A DNA stretch of 64,000 nt, from positions 617,715 through 681,714 of the forward strand of contig CP011212.1 in the NCBI GenBank assembly GCA_001029715.1. The letters are read 5' to 3'. Positions 7,896-16,699 of this stretch are shown in pieces. The DNA is from a candidate division TM6 bacterium GW2011_GWF2_28_16. GTDB lineage: Bacteria > Patescibacteriota > Microgenomatia > UBA1400 > PJMF01. The notes beneath the pieces were generated by a model. That model was not told where the DNA came from, made no database searches, and saw nothing but the letters and a program-made list of their open reading frames with translations. Position numbers and translations under genes: made by a program. Position 1 is the stretch's first letter. Every line of letters begins with the position of its first letter.

Positions 7896-9278
7896 ATGGC
7901 ATTTCTAGACGCAAATAACTTCTACTTAGTCGGCATCAAAGGGGTTGCCATGACTTCCGTTGCTCAATGTTTGCTGGACGCGGACAAAACAGTGCGCGGT
8001 TCCGACATTGAAGAAGATTTTGTAACTGAAAAAATTCTTACCGAATTAGCAATCGAGATTGATAACATTTCTACCATTCCAAATTTTACTGAATTAAAAA
8101 TCGACGCGCTCATTTACACCGCTGCTCATCAGGGTGTGGATAACCCTCAAGTTAGAACCGCCATTGAAGCTGGCATTTCTGTTTATTCCCAAGCCGAAGC
8201 TTTGGCTGAATTTTTCAACCAAAAACAAGGCATTGCAGTTTGTGGAGTAGGGGGCAAAAGTAGCGTTTCCGCGATGATTAGTTTTGTTTTGGATAAACTA
8301 GCTCCCGAGCAATTATCTTTTTCCGTAGGCGTCGGTGAAATTATTGGCATGCCAAGAACTGGCCAGTGGAAAAATGAAGCTAAATATTTCGTTGCCGAGG
8401 CTGATGAATACGTCATCGATCCTCACGCTATCGAAAAAGGTGAAACACTCAGACCTAGATTTTCCTTCCTCAATCCTTTCATAACTATCTGTACCAATCT
8501 GAAATATGATCATCCAGATGTTTATAAAAACTTTGGCGAAACCAAAGCTACATTCAGCAAATTTTTTAGTCAAATTAAAAGCAATGGCTTTCTAATCATC
8601 AACGGCGACAATCAAGATTTAGTCGATTTAGCTAAACAAAGCGTCGGCTCTGACATTAAAATTCTGACTTTTGGCGAAAAAACTAATTGTGATTTCAGAC
8701 TCCAAGATTTTGACTTTGACCTCCAAGTCCCAGGTAAATTCAATCTCATGAACGCCCTCGCAGCATTAGCCTGTATTGCTCAACTTGGTTTCAGTGATCA
8801 AAAAATTATTAGCGCCCTCAAGGAATTCAAATCAACCAAACGCCGCTTCGAACTGATTGAAAAAACTGCAGAATATTCGCACTTTGACGACTACGCCCAT
8901 CATCCTTCAGAAATTTTAGCGGTCATTGATACTCTCAATGAAAAATTTGGCGACGAGAAAAAACTCATTTCCTTCCAACCTCACACTTTCTCTCGCACTA
9001 GAGAGCTGTTCAGTCAATTCGTTGATTCCTTAGCCATGCATACTAAGCCAAACGACGAAATTCTCCTGATCGACATCTTCCCCTCAGCCCGCGAAGCCTA
9101 CGACCCAGACATGAGCTGCGACAAACTAGCCGCCGCCGTCAAAAACAAATATCCAGAATGTAAAATCCAAAATCTCAAAGATGTCGAAGGCTTAGCCGAC
9201 TACGTCAAAAACCACCCACACAAAATCTTCATCACCATCGGCGCCGGCAACATCTACCACGCCCATGAATTAATCTAA
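7896..9278 (+). CDS. murC: UDP-N-acetylmuramate--L-alanine ligase. The true start is probably the ATG at 7896, which overlaps the murE stop; the ORF-track start at 7794 is an upstream extension.
   Basis: MurC N-terminus (YLVGIKGVAMTSVAQ), the GxGGKSS P-loop and a C-terminal Mur ligase domain. Confidence 0.8.
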   Translation: MAFLDANNFYLVGIKGVAMTSVAQCLLDADKTVRGSDIEEDFVTEKILTELAIEIDNISTIPNFTELKIDALIYTAAHQGVDNPQVRTAIEAGISVYSQAEALAEFFNQKQGIAVCGVGGKSSVSAMISFVLDKLAPEQLSFSVGVGEIIGMPRTGQWKNEAKYFVAEADEYVIDPHAIEKGETLRPRFSFLNPFITICTNLKYDHPDVYKNFGETKATFSKFFSQIKSNGFLIINGDNQDLVDLAKQSVGSDIKILTFGEKTNCDFRLQDFDFDLQVPGKFNLMNALAALACIAQLGFSDQKIISALKEFKSTKRRFELIEKTAEYSHFDDYAHHPSEILAVIDTLNEKFGDEKKLISFQPHTFSRTRELFSQFVDSLAMHTKPNDEILLIDIFPSAREAYDPDMSCDKLAAAVKNKYPECKIQNLKDVEGLADYVKNHPHKIFITIGAGNIYHAHELI

Positions 9279-9336
9279 TTGATCTTAAAATTACTCTCAA
9301 AAGCTTCGCCAAGGAGTGATATAATTTCAACGTTAA

Positions 9337-9420
9337 GCCGCGATGGCGGAATTGGTAGACGCGCGAGACTTAAAATCTCGTACTAGCGATAGTGTAAGGG
9401 TTCGATTCCCTTTCGCGGCA
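9337..9420 (+). tRNA. tRNA-Leu (anticodon UAA), long variable arm
   Basis: Acceptor stem GCCGCGA/TCGCGGC and anticodon loop CTTAAAA. A long extra arm is present and the T-loop is GGTTCGATTCC. An extended -10 (TGATATAAT, 9316-9324) lies upstream. Confidence 0.85.
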
Positions 9421-9469
9421 CGACTCTAGGGGCAAGATCACAAGTCTCGCCCCTAGATCAAATTAAAAA

Positions 9470-9543
9470 CGGAGAGTAGTTCAGATGGCTAGAACGTACG
9501 CTTTGGGAGCGTAAGGTCGCAGGTTCGAGTCCTGTCTCTCCGA
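9470..9543 (+). tRNA. tRNA-Pro (anticodon UGG)
   Basis: Acceptor stem CGGAGAG/CTCTCCG, anticodon loop TTTGGGA and T-loop GGTTCGAGTCC. Confidence 0.85.
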
Positions 9544-9550
9544 CAAATAC

Positions 9551-9580
9551 AAAAAAGCTGGCTATATGCCAGTTTTTTTG
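9551..9580 (+). terminator. Rho-independent terminator after tRNA-Pro
   Basis: AAAAAAGCTGGCtatatGCCAGTTTTTTT. Confidence 0.7.
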
Positions 9581-9727
9581 TATTTATTGGTGGAGGCAAA
9601 GGAGTCGGAACTATTTTAAGGTTCCGACGGAGAGAACGAGTTTTTTGTAAAACGAGTTCCCTCCTAGCACTCGAAGAGTGGAGTCCTACAAAAACCCAAA
9701 TCTCAAATCATAGTATAATTATCACAA

Positions 9728-10519
9728 ATGATTGAAGACAATTCATCTAAACAAGTTAACTCAGAAAAAGGTCATAAACTTAAAAAAATAATTTGGCCAA
9801 TACATAAAGAACAATACGAAGAAATTAACTTTTCTTCGATTACTGGTTTAAAAGAAATAGAAGCAAAACAAAAATCCATAGATGAAATTAATAATTTTTT
9901 AATTGACATTTTGCAATTTGCTCAAACAGTATTAAGCACGCCTGGTCCAAATACCCTACATATTAGTGCAGAACTAGATATTGATGTTGTCGCAACATTT
10001 TCTATTGATGATGAAGGAATTCCGCAGATAGATCTCTCAAAAATCTATTATGATTCCATCATAAATCATATCTCTCTTATTTTAAGCAAAAAATATTCGC
10101 CTGATAAAATAGTTAGTTTTGGAGAAAACGAAGAAATCAAAGAGATTTTTAAAATAGGAGTTGGTTTGGTTGTTTCTCAAGTTGTCTCTTCTTTAGGTCA
10201 TGAAATGTACCACTTGCGACAGGCTCATCAAGATTATGAATCTTATCAAGAAACTGTACAAGAAAACTGGCCACATCGTTTTTGGCGAGAAAGAGCAAAA
10301 GCAACCAATAATGCAGAACTAAAAAATCATGGAATGGATGTCTATAAAAATTCTTTAGGAGAGCGATCTGCAAACGGCTTTGCACTTAGATTTGTTTTGG
10401 AATACAAGAAAAAAATACTTGCCAAAAATGATAAAGATAGGTCTTTAATTGAAAAACTATTTTTATCTGGTGTAGATAAGGCCATTGAGATCTTCAAAAA
10501 AGATTTTATAAAAAATTAA
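9728..10519 (+). CDS. Hypothetical protein with an HExxH (zincin-like) motif. It is the first gene of an AT-rich three-gene block.
   Basis: LGHEMYHLRQAH motif, no signal peptide, and very low GC with AGA/ATA-rich codon usage unlike the flanking murC and ABC genes. Confidence 0.5.
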   Translation: MIEDNSSKQVNSEKGHKLKKIIWPIHKEQYEEINFSSITGLKEIEAKQKSIDEINNFLIDILQFAQTVLSTPGPNTLHISAELDIDVVATFSIDDEGIPQIDLSKIYYDSIINHISLILSKKYSPDKIVSFGENEEIKEIFKIGVGLVVSQVVSSLGHEMYHLRQAHQDYESYQETVQENWPHRFWRERAKATNNAELKNHGMDVYKNSLGERSANGFALRFVLEYKKKILAKNDKDRSLIEKLFLSGVDKAIEIFKKDFIKN

Positions 10520-10640
10520 CTCCTAATTTTTTATAACTTTTAAAAGTCTCCATTAATTGCAGAGTCCTACAATTTCCCTCACACCCTTGAATCACAAGGC
10601 TAAACCATCTACTATATTTGTAGTTACAATAAAGGTACTG

Positions 10641-12416
10641 ATGGCAATAATGGATGAGCTCCAAATAAATCAACAAAAAGAACCTGAAAAAAAAGTTGCT
10701 GGGGAAGATTTTTTTGCTCGTGAAGCCGTACTTATTCAAGATTTTGCCTCAGGTCTACCAGTAACATTCGAGCCTGGAGATGGCTGGCAAATCGATCCAG
10801 ATAAAGGGAAAGCCAACTATGATCCAAAATTTTTTACTGACAAAGGCTATTCACAATCTCAGACACTGTTTGCCACCCTACACGAAGTAGATCATTTTAA
10901 AGAAGCTACTCAGGCTAAAAAATCACCAAAAGATAAAGCTATTTGGGAAGCGCGACAAGAAAAAGAGCAGGCTAATCGTCGCTACCATTCACTGGATAAC
11001 TGCATAGATGATGTTGGCAACAATTATCGTGTTTTACAATTTGCTCCTGCACTAAAAGAAGAAACCAGGCGACTGTATGCTGAACAATTGACTAAGAGCA
11101 CAGACCTAACCAAACATTCTAGACACATGCAGTTGGCCTACGCCATCTTACGTCAAGGGATGTTGCCTCAAGATCAGATTCAAGTTGCAGAGGAAGTTGA
11201 ACAAGCACTCCAAGAACTAAAAAATGTTAAAGGGAAAAAAGGTAGCTACGACATAATTAAAATGGTCACTGATCCTAATTGCAACCCAGCCACCAAAAGG
11301 AAACTAACTGAAAAATATATTGATCCGATTTTTGATAAATTATTCGAACAAGATAAAAATGATAAACAGAAAAACAAAGACAACGATCCCAATCAACAAA
11401 ATAATGATAACCAAAGTAATTCAGAGGAAGATTTCACAGATGAATATGATGAATTTGACGAATCAATGCCGCAGGGATTTGAACAAGAACAAATAGAATC
11501 CGTTTCTAAACCAGAATTTGGTAAAGACATCGCTGCTCGTCAACAATCAGGATACGAGGCTGAACATCAAGTGTCACAAAAAGATATGCTTGATTACAAA
11601 CAAGAATTTCAAAAAGTTATTCAATATATGGAACCTATCAGAGAACAATTTAGAAGAATTGTCGCAGAGCGTTTGATTCCTAAACGTAGACTTATTTCTG
11701 GTCGTGATGAAGGAATTATGATTAATCCCGGTTTAGCGGGGATTGCGCAAGAAGCTTTCAATAGAGGTCAATATGATGGACCATTTTTTAATGATTTTGA
11801 GGGCAGAGTTGTACGAGAAGAACTACCATCAGCATTTGAAATTTCTGGAGTATTTGATCGTAGCGGATCGATGGCATCTGGTAACAGAATTGAAGAACAA
11901 AGAAGGGCGGCTATATTACTAATGGAATCTCTACAAGAATTCATGGATCAACCAGAAGTTAAAGAAAGACTCTTAGACCCAGATCTATATGCTTCATGTG
12001 AAATAAGGTCTTTTGGTGGAACGAAAGAAAATGTGGTTATCAAACCTTTCTCAAAAGAATTAGCTGAGAAACAAAGAATTGAAGTCTTTAAAGTTTTAAA
12101 TGATTGCTCTGGATGGTCTACCGATGACGATGTTTCTCTTGGACAAATATTAGATGAGATGAAAGCCAGAGAGCAGTTTGAGACAGGATATTTAAATAAA
12201 GTAAAAACTAGGAAAATTAAAAAAATAGTGGCTGTTTTTTCTGATGGTGGAAGTTCAAACCAAACAGTTTTCGATCAGAGAATACAAACACTTTCTGAAA
12301 TGGGCGTACAAGTCGTCCAGTATCGAAAAATTGATGGAGTAACTGAATTTGTACCAAAAATGTCAGAAGTTCTTAAACAAGGGTTGGATGAACTCTGCTA
12401 TCATGAAGAAAGGTAA
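10641..12416 (+). CDS. vWA (MIDAS) domain protein with an N-terminal HExxH putative metallopeptidase domain (DUF2201_N/DUF2201-like architecture). The ORF-track start at 10557 probably over-extends the N-terminus.
   Basis: An N-terminal LHEVDHF motif and a low-complexity acidic/N-rich linker. The C-terminal vWA has a MIDAS DRSGSM (DxSxS) motif plus downstream T and D positions. An ATG at 10641 is preceded by AAAGG. Confidence 0.6.
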   Translation: MAIMDELQINQQKEPEKKVAGEDFFAREAVLIQDFASGLPVTFEPGDGWQIDPDKGKANYDPKFFTDKGYSQSQTLFATLHEVDHFKEATQAKKSPKDKAIWEARQEKEQANRRYHSLDNCIDDVGNNYRVLQFAPALKEETRRLYAEQLTKSTDLTKHSRHMQLAYAILRQGMLPQDQIQVAEEVEQALQELKNVKGKKGSYDIIKMVTDPNCNPATKRKLTEKYIDPIFDKLFEQDKNDKQKNKDNDPNQQNNDNQSNSEEDFTDEYDEFDESMPQGFEQEQIESVSKPEFGKDIAARQQSGYEAEHQVSQKDMLDYKQEFQKVIQYMEPIREQFRRIVAERLIPKRRLISGRDEGIMINPGLAGIAQEAFNRGQYDGPFFNDFEGRVVREELPSAFEISGVFDRSGSMASGNRIEEQRRAAILLMESLQEFMDQPEVKERLLDPDLYASCEIRSFGGTKENVVIKPFSKELAEKQRIEVFKVLNDCSGWSTDDDVSLGQILDEMKAREQFETGYLNKVKTRKIKKIVAVFSDGGSSNQTVFDQRIQTLSEMGVQVVQYRKIDGVTEFVPKMSEVLKQGLDELCYHEER

Positions 12417-12421
12417 CTTTT

Positions 12422-14854
12422 ATGCAAGACATTAATGGAGAAATATCTCAACCATTTGCACCAGGTATATATCGAAAACTAGAAACGGCAGCTGGATCAA
12501 TAAAATCATTATTTGAATCAAAAATTAAAACGGAAAGCTCATCTAGCACAGTTGAAGAGCGAGCTAATACTTTACTCCAGTTATTATTAGATAAAGTTGA
12601 GCTACAAGTTGATATTGCTCGTCGAGCAACAACAATTGTGGATGCTTTAGGTCTAGATGGAAGTGCTCGCCAAAGAAAACTACAAGAACTTAAGTCATTA
12701 AATAATCAATCTTCAATAAATGAAAATAAGAACTCTAATGAGAGTCAATTGTCCGCAGCGAATATAAACGAAGCAGATATTGTAAGTGGTAAATTATCGA
12801 TGTCTGACTTAATGAAAAGTATTAAAACAACTCCAAAGACTGAAGGCATCAATTCACAAACAGAGCAAGAAAACCAGCTTTTAGCGGAGAGTAAAAGACA
12901 ATTATCTAAAATAAATGAACAGGCTGAAATACTAATAAACGATACTCAGGTTGTTGAGCATTATCAAAACATGCACCAAGAAAAACTAAAACTATACCGT
13001 AAAGTCAGAGAAGCGGCTTCTGGCAAGAAAGCTATTCGAGATATTGAAATCATGCAAGAGAGATTAGCTAGACAAGTTTTTCTAAATAAACGCACTTTTT
13101 CTCCTGCTGAAGAAGCGGTTACTAAACAAAATCAATTAATTTCAAAGGCGATTGAAAAACGCATTGCCGACCTTATATCAGATCCTGAGGTTTTTGATTT
13201 AATGAGATGGCGACAATTGAGAGAATATCAAATCGGTCTAAAAAAAGACAGATTTGCCGAAACTCCAAGCAGAACAAAAATGTTAGCTGAAATTAGGCAA
13301 ATGTGGTCAGAAGGTAGAAAAGTTTTAGCTACTGGTCCAACTGGAAGTGGTAAAACAGAATTATTTTTTCATGCTTCAAGATCTTTGCTTGGTAGCGAAC
13401 CAGAAAGAGCTACTGGTCATGAACTATTAACTTCATATGAAATATATGGCAAAGCTACTGGTAAAGGGTTTGAGCCAGGACCACTCACAAGAGCTATTGA
13501 TAACAATAAACCTTTTGTGTTGGACGAAATTAATCTAGTACCAAATAAAATTTTAATGCGTTTAAAGACTGATCTTAATGCTAGACCAGGGCAAGAAATA
13601 ACTATTCAAGAAGAAAATGGAGTGCGACATCAAGTCAAAGATAATTTCGTGGTTGGCGCCACAGCCAACGTAAAAAGCGAAAAACATCCAGATCGAGAAA
13701 AACTTGATCCAGCCCTAGTGCGTATGTTTGAACCGCTTCCAGTTGATTACCTACCACCAGAAGAATTGCACGACATGATGCTAGCTCTATTAATGGATAT
13801 AAAAGGTGGTATTCAGCTTTCAAGCAAAGATGATTTAGCTGCCTTAGCTGAACTATGTATGTCCACTACATGGACGCAAAAAGCGTATCAAGGATATGAA
13901 GTTGAATTAAATAACGGTGACAAACTCTATGCTCGCGGTGGGGAATCTACTGGCAAAATAGCCACACTAAGAGAAGCTGTTCTCGATCCAGGCAAAGCAC
14001 TGGATATGGTTAATGGTTGGGATGATTCAAGATTGAAGGGTAAAACACTTAGAGAACATATTAATGCCAAAATTATTCAATTTGTTAAAAACGAAAACTT
14101 TCCTGAAGAAGATCGTTATCACTTAATCCGCATTTTCGCCTTAAATGAATTTTTGAAAGGAGTAGACGTTAATGAGCTAGGAATTAGCGGCCTAGATCAA
14201 GCTACTTTAGATGCTTGGAATGGCTTCACTGGTCGTAAAGTGAAAGCAGGAGATTTATATCTCGATGCCAATAAAGTCGCCAAAATTGATCCTTTCGGAA
14301 CCGTAAGAAGGCCTGATGGGTCAGACGTTGATGATCTACTTGGCGAAGATGAAACAGAAGAAATGGAAGATGAGGACATAGACGAAGAAAACCATCTTGC
14401 GATTGGAATAAAAGCATTTGAGCAAAGAAGAAGAGAGAAAAACCAATCTACACAAATTGATCCAGAGGCAAAAGAAATTCTCGATCAACTAGATAAATCT
14501 GAGCTAAAAAAATTTCTAAAACGTGAAGATAAATATCAAATTTATCCAGACAAACTCAATGATATATATCTTATGTATCCATCTACTTTAGAAGAAATCA
14601 TAAGAAAATATAGAGAAATATTCTTTGACCAAGATACTCAGGAAAATATAGGCAATGTGTTCGATTTATTGAAAAGGTTTATAATACTAGTTAAAGAAAT
14701 AAAACAATCTAATGTTAATTTTCCAAAAGATGTAATGATAATTGCGAAAAAAACAGATAGTATTTTAGAAACATCTAATAGTGCATCTACAATGCCTACC
14801 ACTAGAGAAATGTGTGAAAAACTTGTCAAACAAATTTTTGAGCTAGCTAAGTAG
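12422..14854 (+). CDS. Large AAA+ ATPase of the MoxR/AAA_5 (dynein-related) class, partner of the upstream vWA protein
   Basis: The central AAA module has Walker A GPTGSGKT, Walker B FVLDEIN and sensor/arginine finger-like positions. A ~300-aa N-terminal coiled-coil/low-complexity region and a ~350-aa C-terminal extension with the acidic tract DDLLGEDETEEMEDEDIDEEN flank it. Confidence 0.65.
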   Translation: MQDINGEISQPFAPGIYRKLETAAGSIKSLFESKIKTESSSSTVEERANTLLQLLLDKVELQVDIARRATTIVDALGLDGSARQRKLQELKSLNNQSSINENKNSNESQLSAANINEADIVSGKLSMSDLMKSIKTTPKTEGINSQTEQENQLLAESKRQLSKINEQAEILINDTQVVEHYQNMHQEKLKLYRKVREAASGKKAIRDIEIMQERLARQVFLNKRTFSPAEEAVTKQNQLISKAIEKRIADLISDPEVFDLMRWRQLREYQIGLKKDRFAETPSRTKMLAEIRQMWSEGRKVLATGPTGSGKTELFFHASRSLLGSEPERATGHELLTSYEIYGKATGKGFEPGPLTRAIDNNKPFVLDEINLVPNKILMRLKTDLNARPGQEITIQEENGVRHQVKDNFVVGATANVKSEKHPDREKLDPALVRMFEPLPVDYLPPEELHDMMLALLMDIKGGIQLSSKDDLAALAELCMSTTWTQKAYQGYEVELNNGDKLYARGGESTGKIATLREAVLDPGKALDMVNGWDDSRLKGKTLREHINAKIIQFVKNENFPEEDRYHLIRIFALNEFLKGVDVNELGISGLDQATLDAWNGFTGRKVKAGDLYLDANKVAKIDPFGTVRRPDGSDVDDLLGEDETEEMEDEDIDEENHLAIGIKAFEQRRREKNQSTQIDPEAKEILDQLDKSELKKFLKREDKYQIYPDKLNDIYLMYPSTLEEIIRKYREIFFDQDTQENIGNVFDLLKRFIILVKEIKQSNVNFPKDVMIIAKKTDSILETSNSASTMPTTREMCEKLVKQIFELAK

Positions 14855-14874
14855 TCTTTAAATATAAATCAATT

Positions 14875-16638
14875 ATGTCCATCTTTCTCCGCCTCTACCG
14901 CTTCATCTGGCGACGCAAATGGCTCTTCATCATCGGCACTATCCCCATGATCCTAGCCCTCGTCCTCAGCAACCTCTCTCCATTCTTCGTCAAATGGCTA
15001 ACTCAAGCTGTTCAAGACGGCCAACTCGACCACGCCTTTAACCTCGTTCTCATTTTTGGCCTCGTCCTAGTCGCTAGCAACCTACTTGAAAACATTGGCT
15101 TCTTCATCACTGACAAAAACATGGTCGGCACCTCCACCGACATTTCCCATGCCGTCCTCACTCATATCCACAACCTAGACTTTGCCTATCACACCAACAA
15201 AAGCTCCGGCAGACTCATCAGTCTTATGAAAAGGGGCGACGACGCCTTTTTTACCTACTACGACATTGTTAACCGCCAATTTTTAGGCATTATCATCAGT
15301 TTCGCTGTCATGTTTACTGCTTTCGCACGCCTCCGTTATGACTACTTACTTTTTGCAAGCTGTCTTCTTATCATTACCATTCTCGTCGCCTTTTTTCTGA
15401 TCAAAATCAACATCCGCAAGCGTATTCTTTTCAATAATGCTGACGATGACGTCTCTTCGGCTAGAGTAGACAACTTAGTCAATTTCGACACCGTCAAATA
15501 TTTCGCCAATGAAAAATTCGAGCAAAAACGTTTTTCTAACCTGCTCAACATTTGGAATAAACGCCTCCAAGATTACTTCTTCACTTTCCGTTATTTTGAC
15601 GGCATCGTCGGTAATCTAATTAATATTTCTTTGGTCGGTATTATGTTTCTAGCAGTTCGTGATCTGCGCAGCGGACAAATTGTCCTAGCAGATTTCCTCT
15701 TAGTAACTACTTTTTCGATGACCCTTTTTCCCAAAATGATGCACCTACTTTTTAGTCTCCGTGAATTAGCCAAAAAACACACTGATATCTCTACCTATTT
15801 AAACTTACTCGACGAAGAAGTCTCCGTCAAAGATCCAGTTAATCCGCAAAAAATCGAGTCCGTAAAGGGAGAAATCACTTTCGACCAAGTCGGCTTTGCC
15901 TACGAAAACAAACAGTTAGTTTTGGAAGATTTTTCTCTGAATATTAAAAGTGGCGAAGCCATCGCTCTGGTCGGTTTTTCCGGCGCCGGCAAAACCACTA
16001 TCGCTAAATTACTGATGCGTATGTACGACCCAACCCAAGGTAAAATCTTAATTGACGGTGTAGAAATTAACAACTTACGCAAAGATGATTTACGCAAAAT
16101 GGTCGGTGTCGTTCCTCAAGATCCTTTGCTATTTAATAACACTGTTTATTTCAACATTTCCTACGCTAATCACCAAGCCAGTAAAGAAGAGGTCCTTGCT
16201 GCTTCCAAAGCCGCTCAGGTCGATGTTTTTATCAAAGACCTTCCTAACGGCTATGAAACCATCGTCGGAGAACGTGGCATTAAATTATCTGGTGGTCAAA
16301 GACAACGCCTCGCTATCGCTAGAGTTCTCCTAGAAAAACCAAAAATTATTGTCATGGACGAAGCCACTAGCTCACTCGATAGTGCTTCAGAAAAAATCAT
16401 TCAAGAAGCTTTCTGGGATCTAGTTAAAGATAAGTATAATCCTCGCACCAGTATCATCATTGCTCATCGCCTTTCCACTATCATGCAAGCCGATCGCATC
16501 GTCGTCATGGATGACGGCAAAATCGCCGAAGTCGGCAGCCACCAAGAACTTATCGATAAAGACGGCGGCATCTACCAAAGACTCTGGTCACTGCAGAAGA
16601 ATGGGTTTATAGGCGACGGAGAGGACGAATCTTCATAA
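14875..16638 (+). CDS. ABC transporter, fused permease/ATPase (MsbA/exporter type)
   Basis: Six-TM N-terminal domain and Walker A GFSGAGKTT. The ABC signature LSGGQRQRLAIARVL, Walker B IIVMDEATS and the H-loop are present. This gene is visibly more GC-rich than its neighbours. Confidence 0.9.
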   Translation: MSIFLRLYRFIWRRKWLFIIGTIPMILALVLSNLSPFFVKWLTQAVQDGQLDHAFNLVLIFGLVLVASNLLENIGFFITDKNMVGTSTDISHAVLTHIHNLDFAYHTNKSSGRLISLMKRGDDAFFTYYDIVNRQFLGIIISFAVMFTAFARLRYDYLLFASCLLIITILVAFFLIKINIRKRILFNNADDDVSSARVDNLVNFDTVKYFANEKFEQKRFSNLLNIWNKRLQDYFFTFRYFDGIVGNLINISLVGIMFLAVRDLRSGQIVLADFLLVTTFSMTLFPKMMHLLFSLRELAKKHTDISTYLNLLDEEVSVKDPVNPQKIESVKGEITFDQVGFAYENKQLVLEDFSLNIKSGEAIALVGFSGAGKTTIAKLLMRMYDPTQGKILIDGVEINNLRKDDLRKMVGVVPQDPLLFNNTVYFNISYANHQASKEEVLAASKAAQVDVFIKDLPNGYETIVGERGIKLSGGQRQRLAIARVLLEKPKIIVMDEATSSLDSASEKIIQEAFWDLVKDKYNPRTSIIIAHRLSTIMQADRIVVMDDGKIAEVGSHQELIDKDGGIYQRLWSLQKNGFIGDGEDESS

Positions 16639-16699
16639 GAAGACGAGGCCCCCGCCTAGTGCTCGTAGAGCGGGATGGGGAGGATGAGTAAATCGCCAC

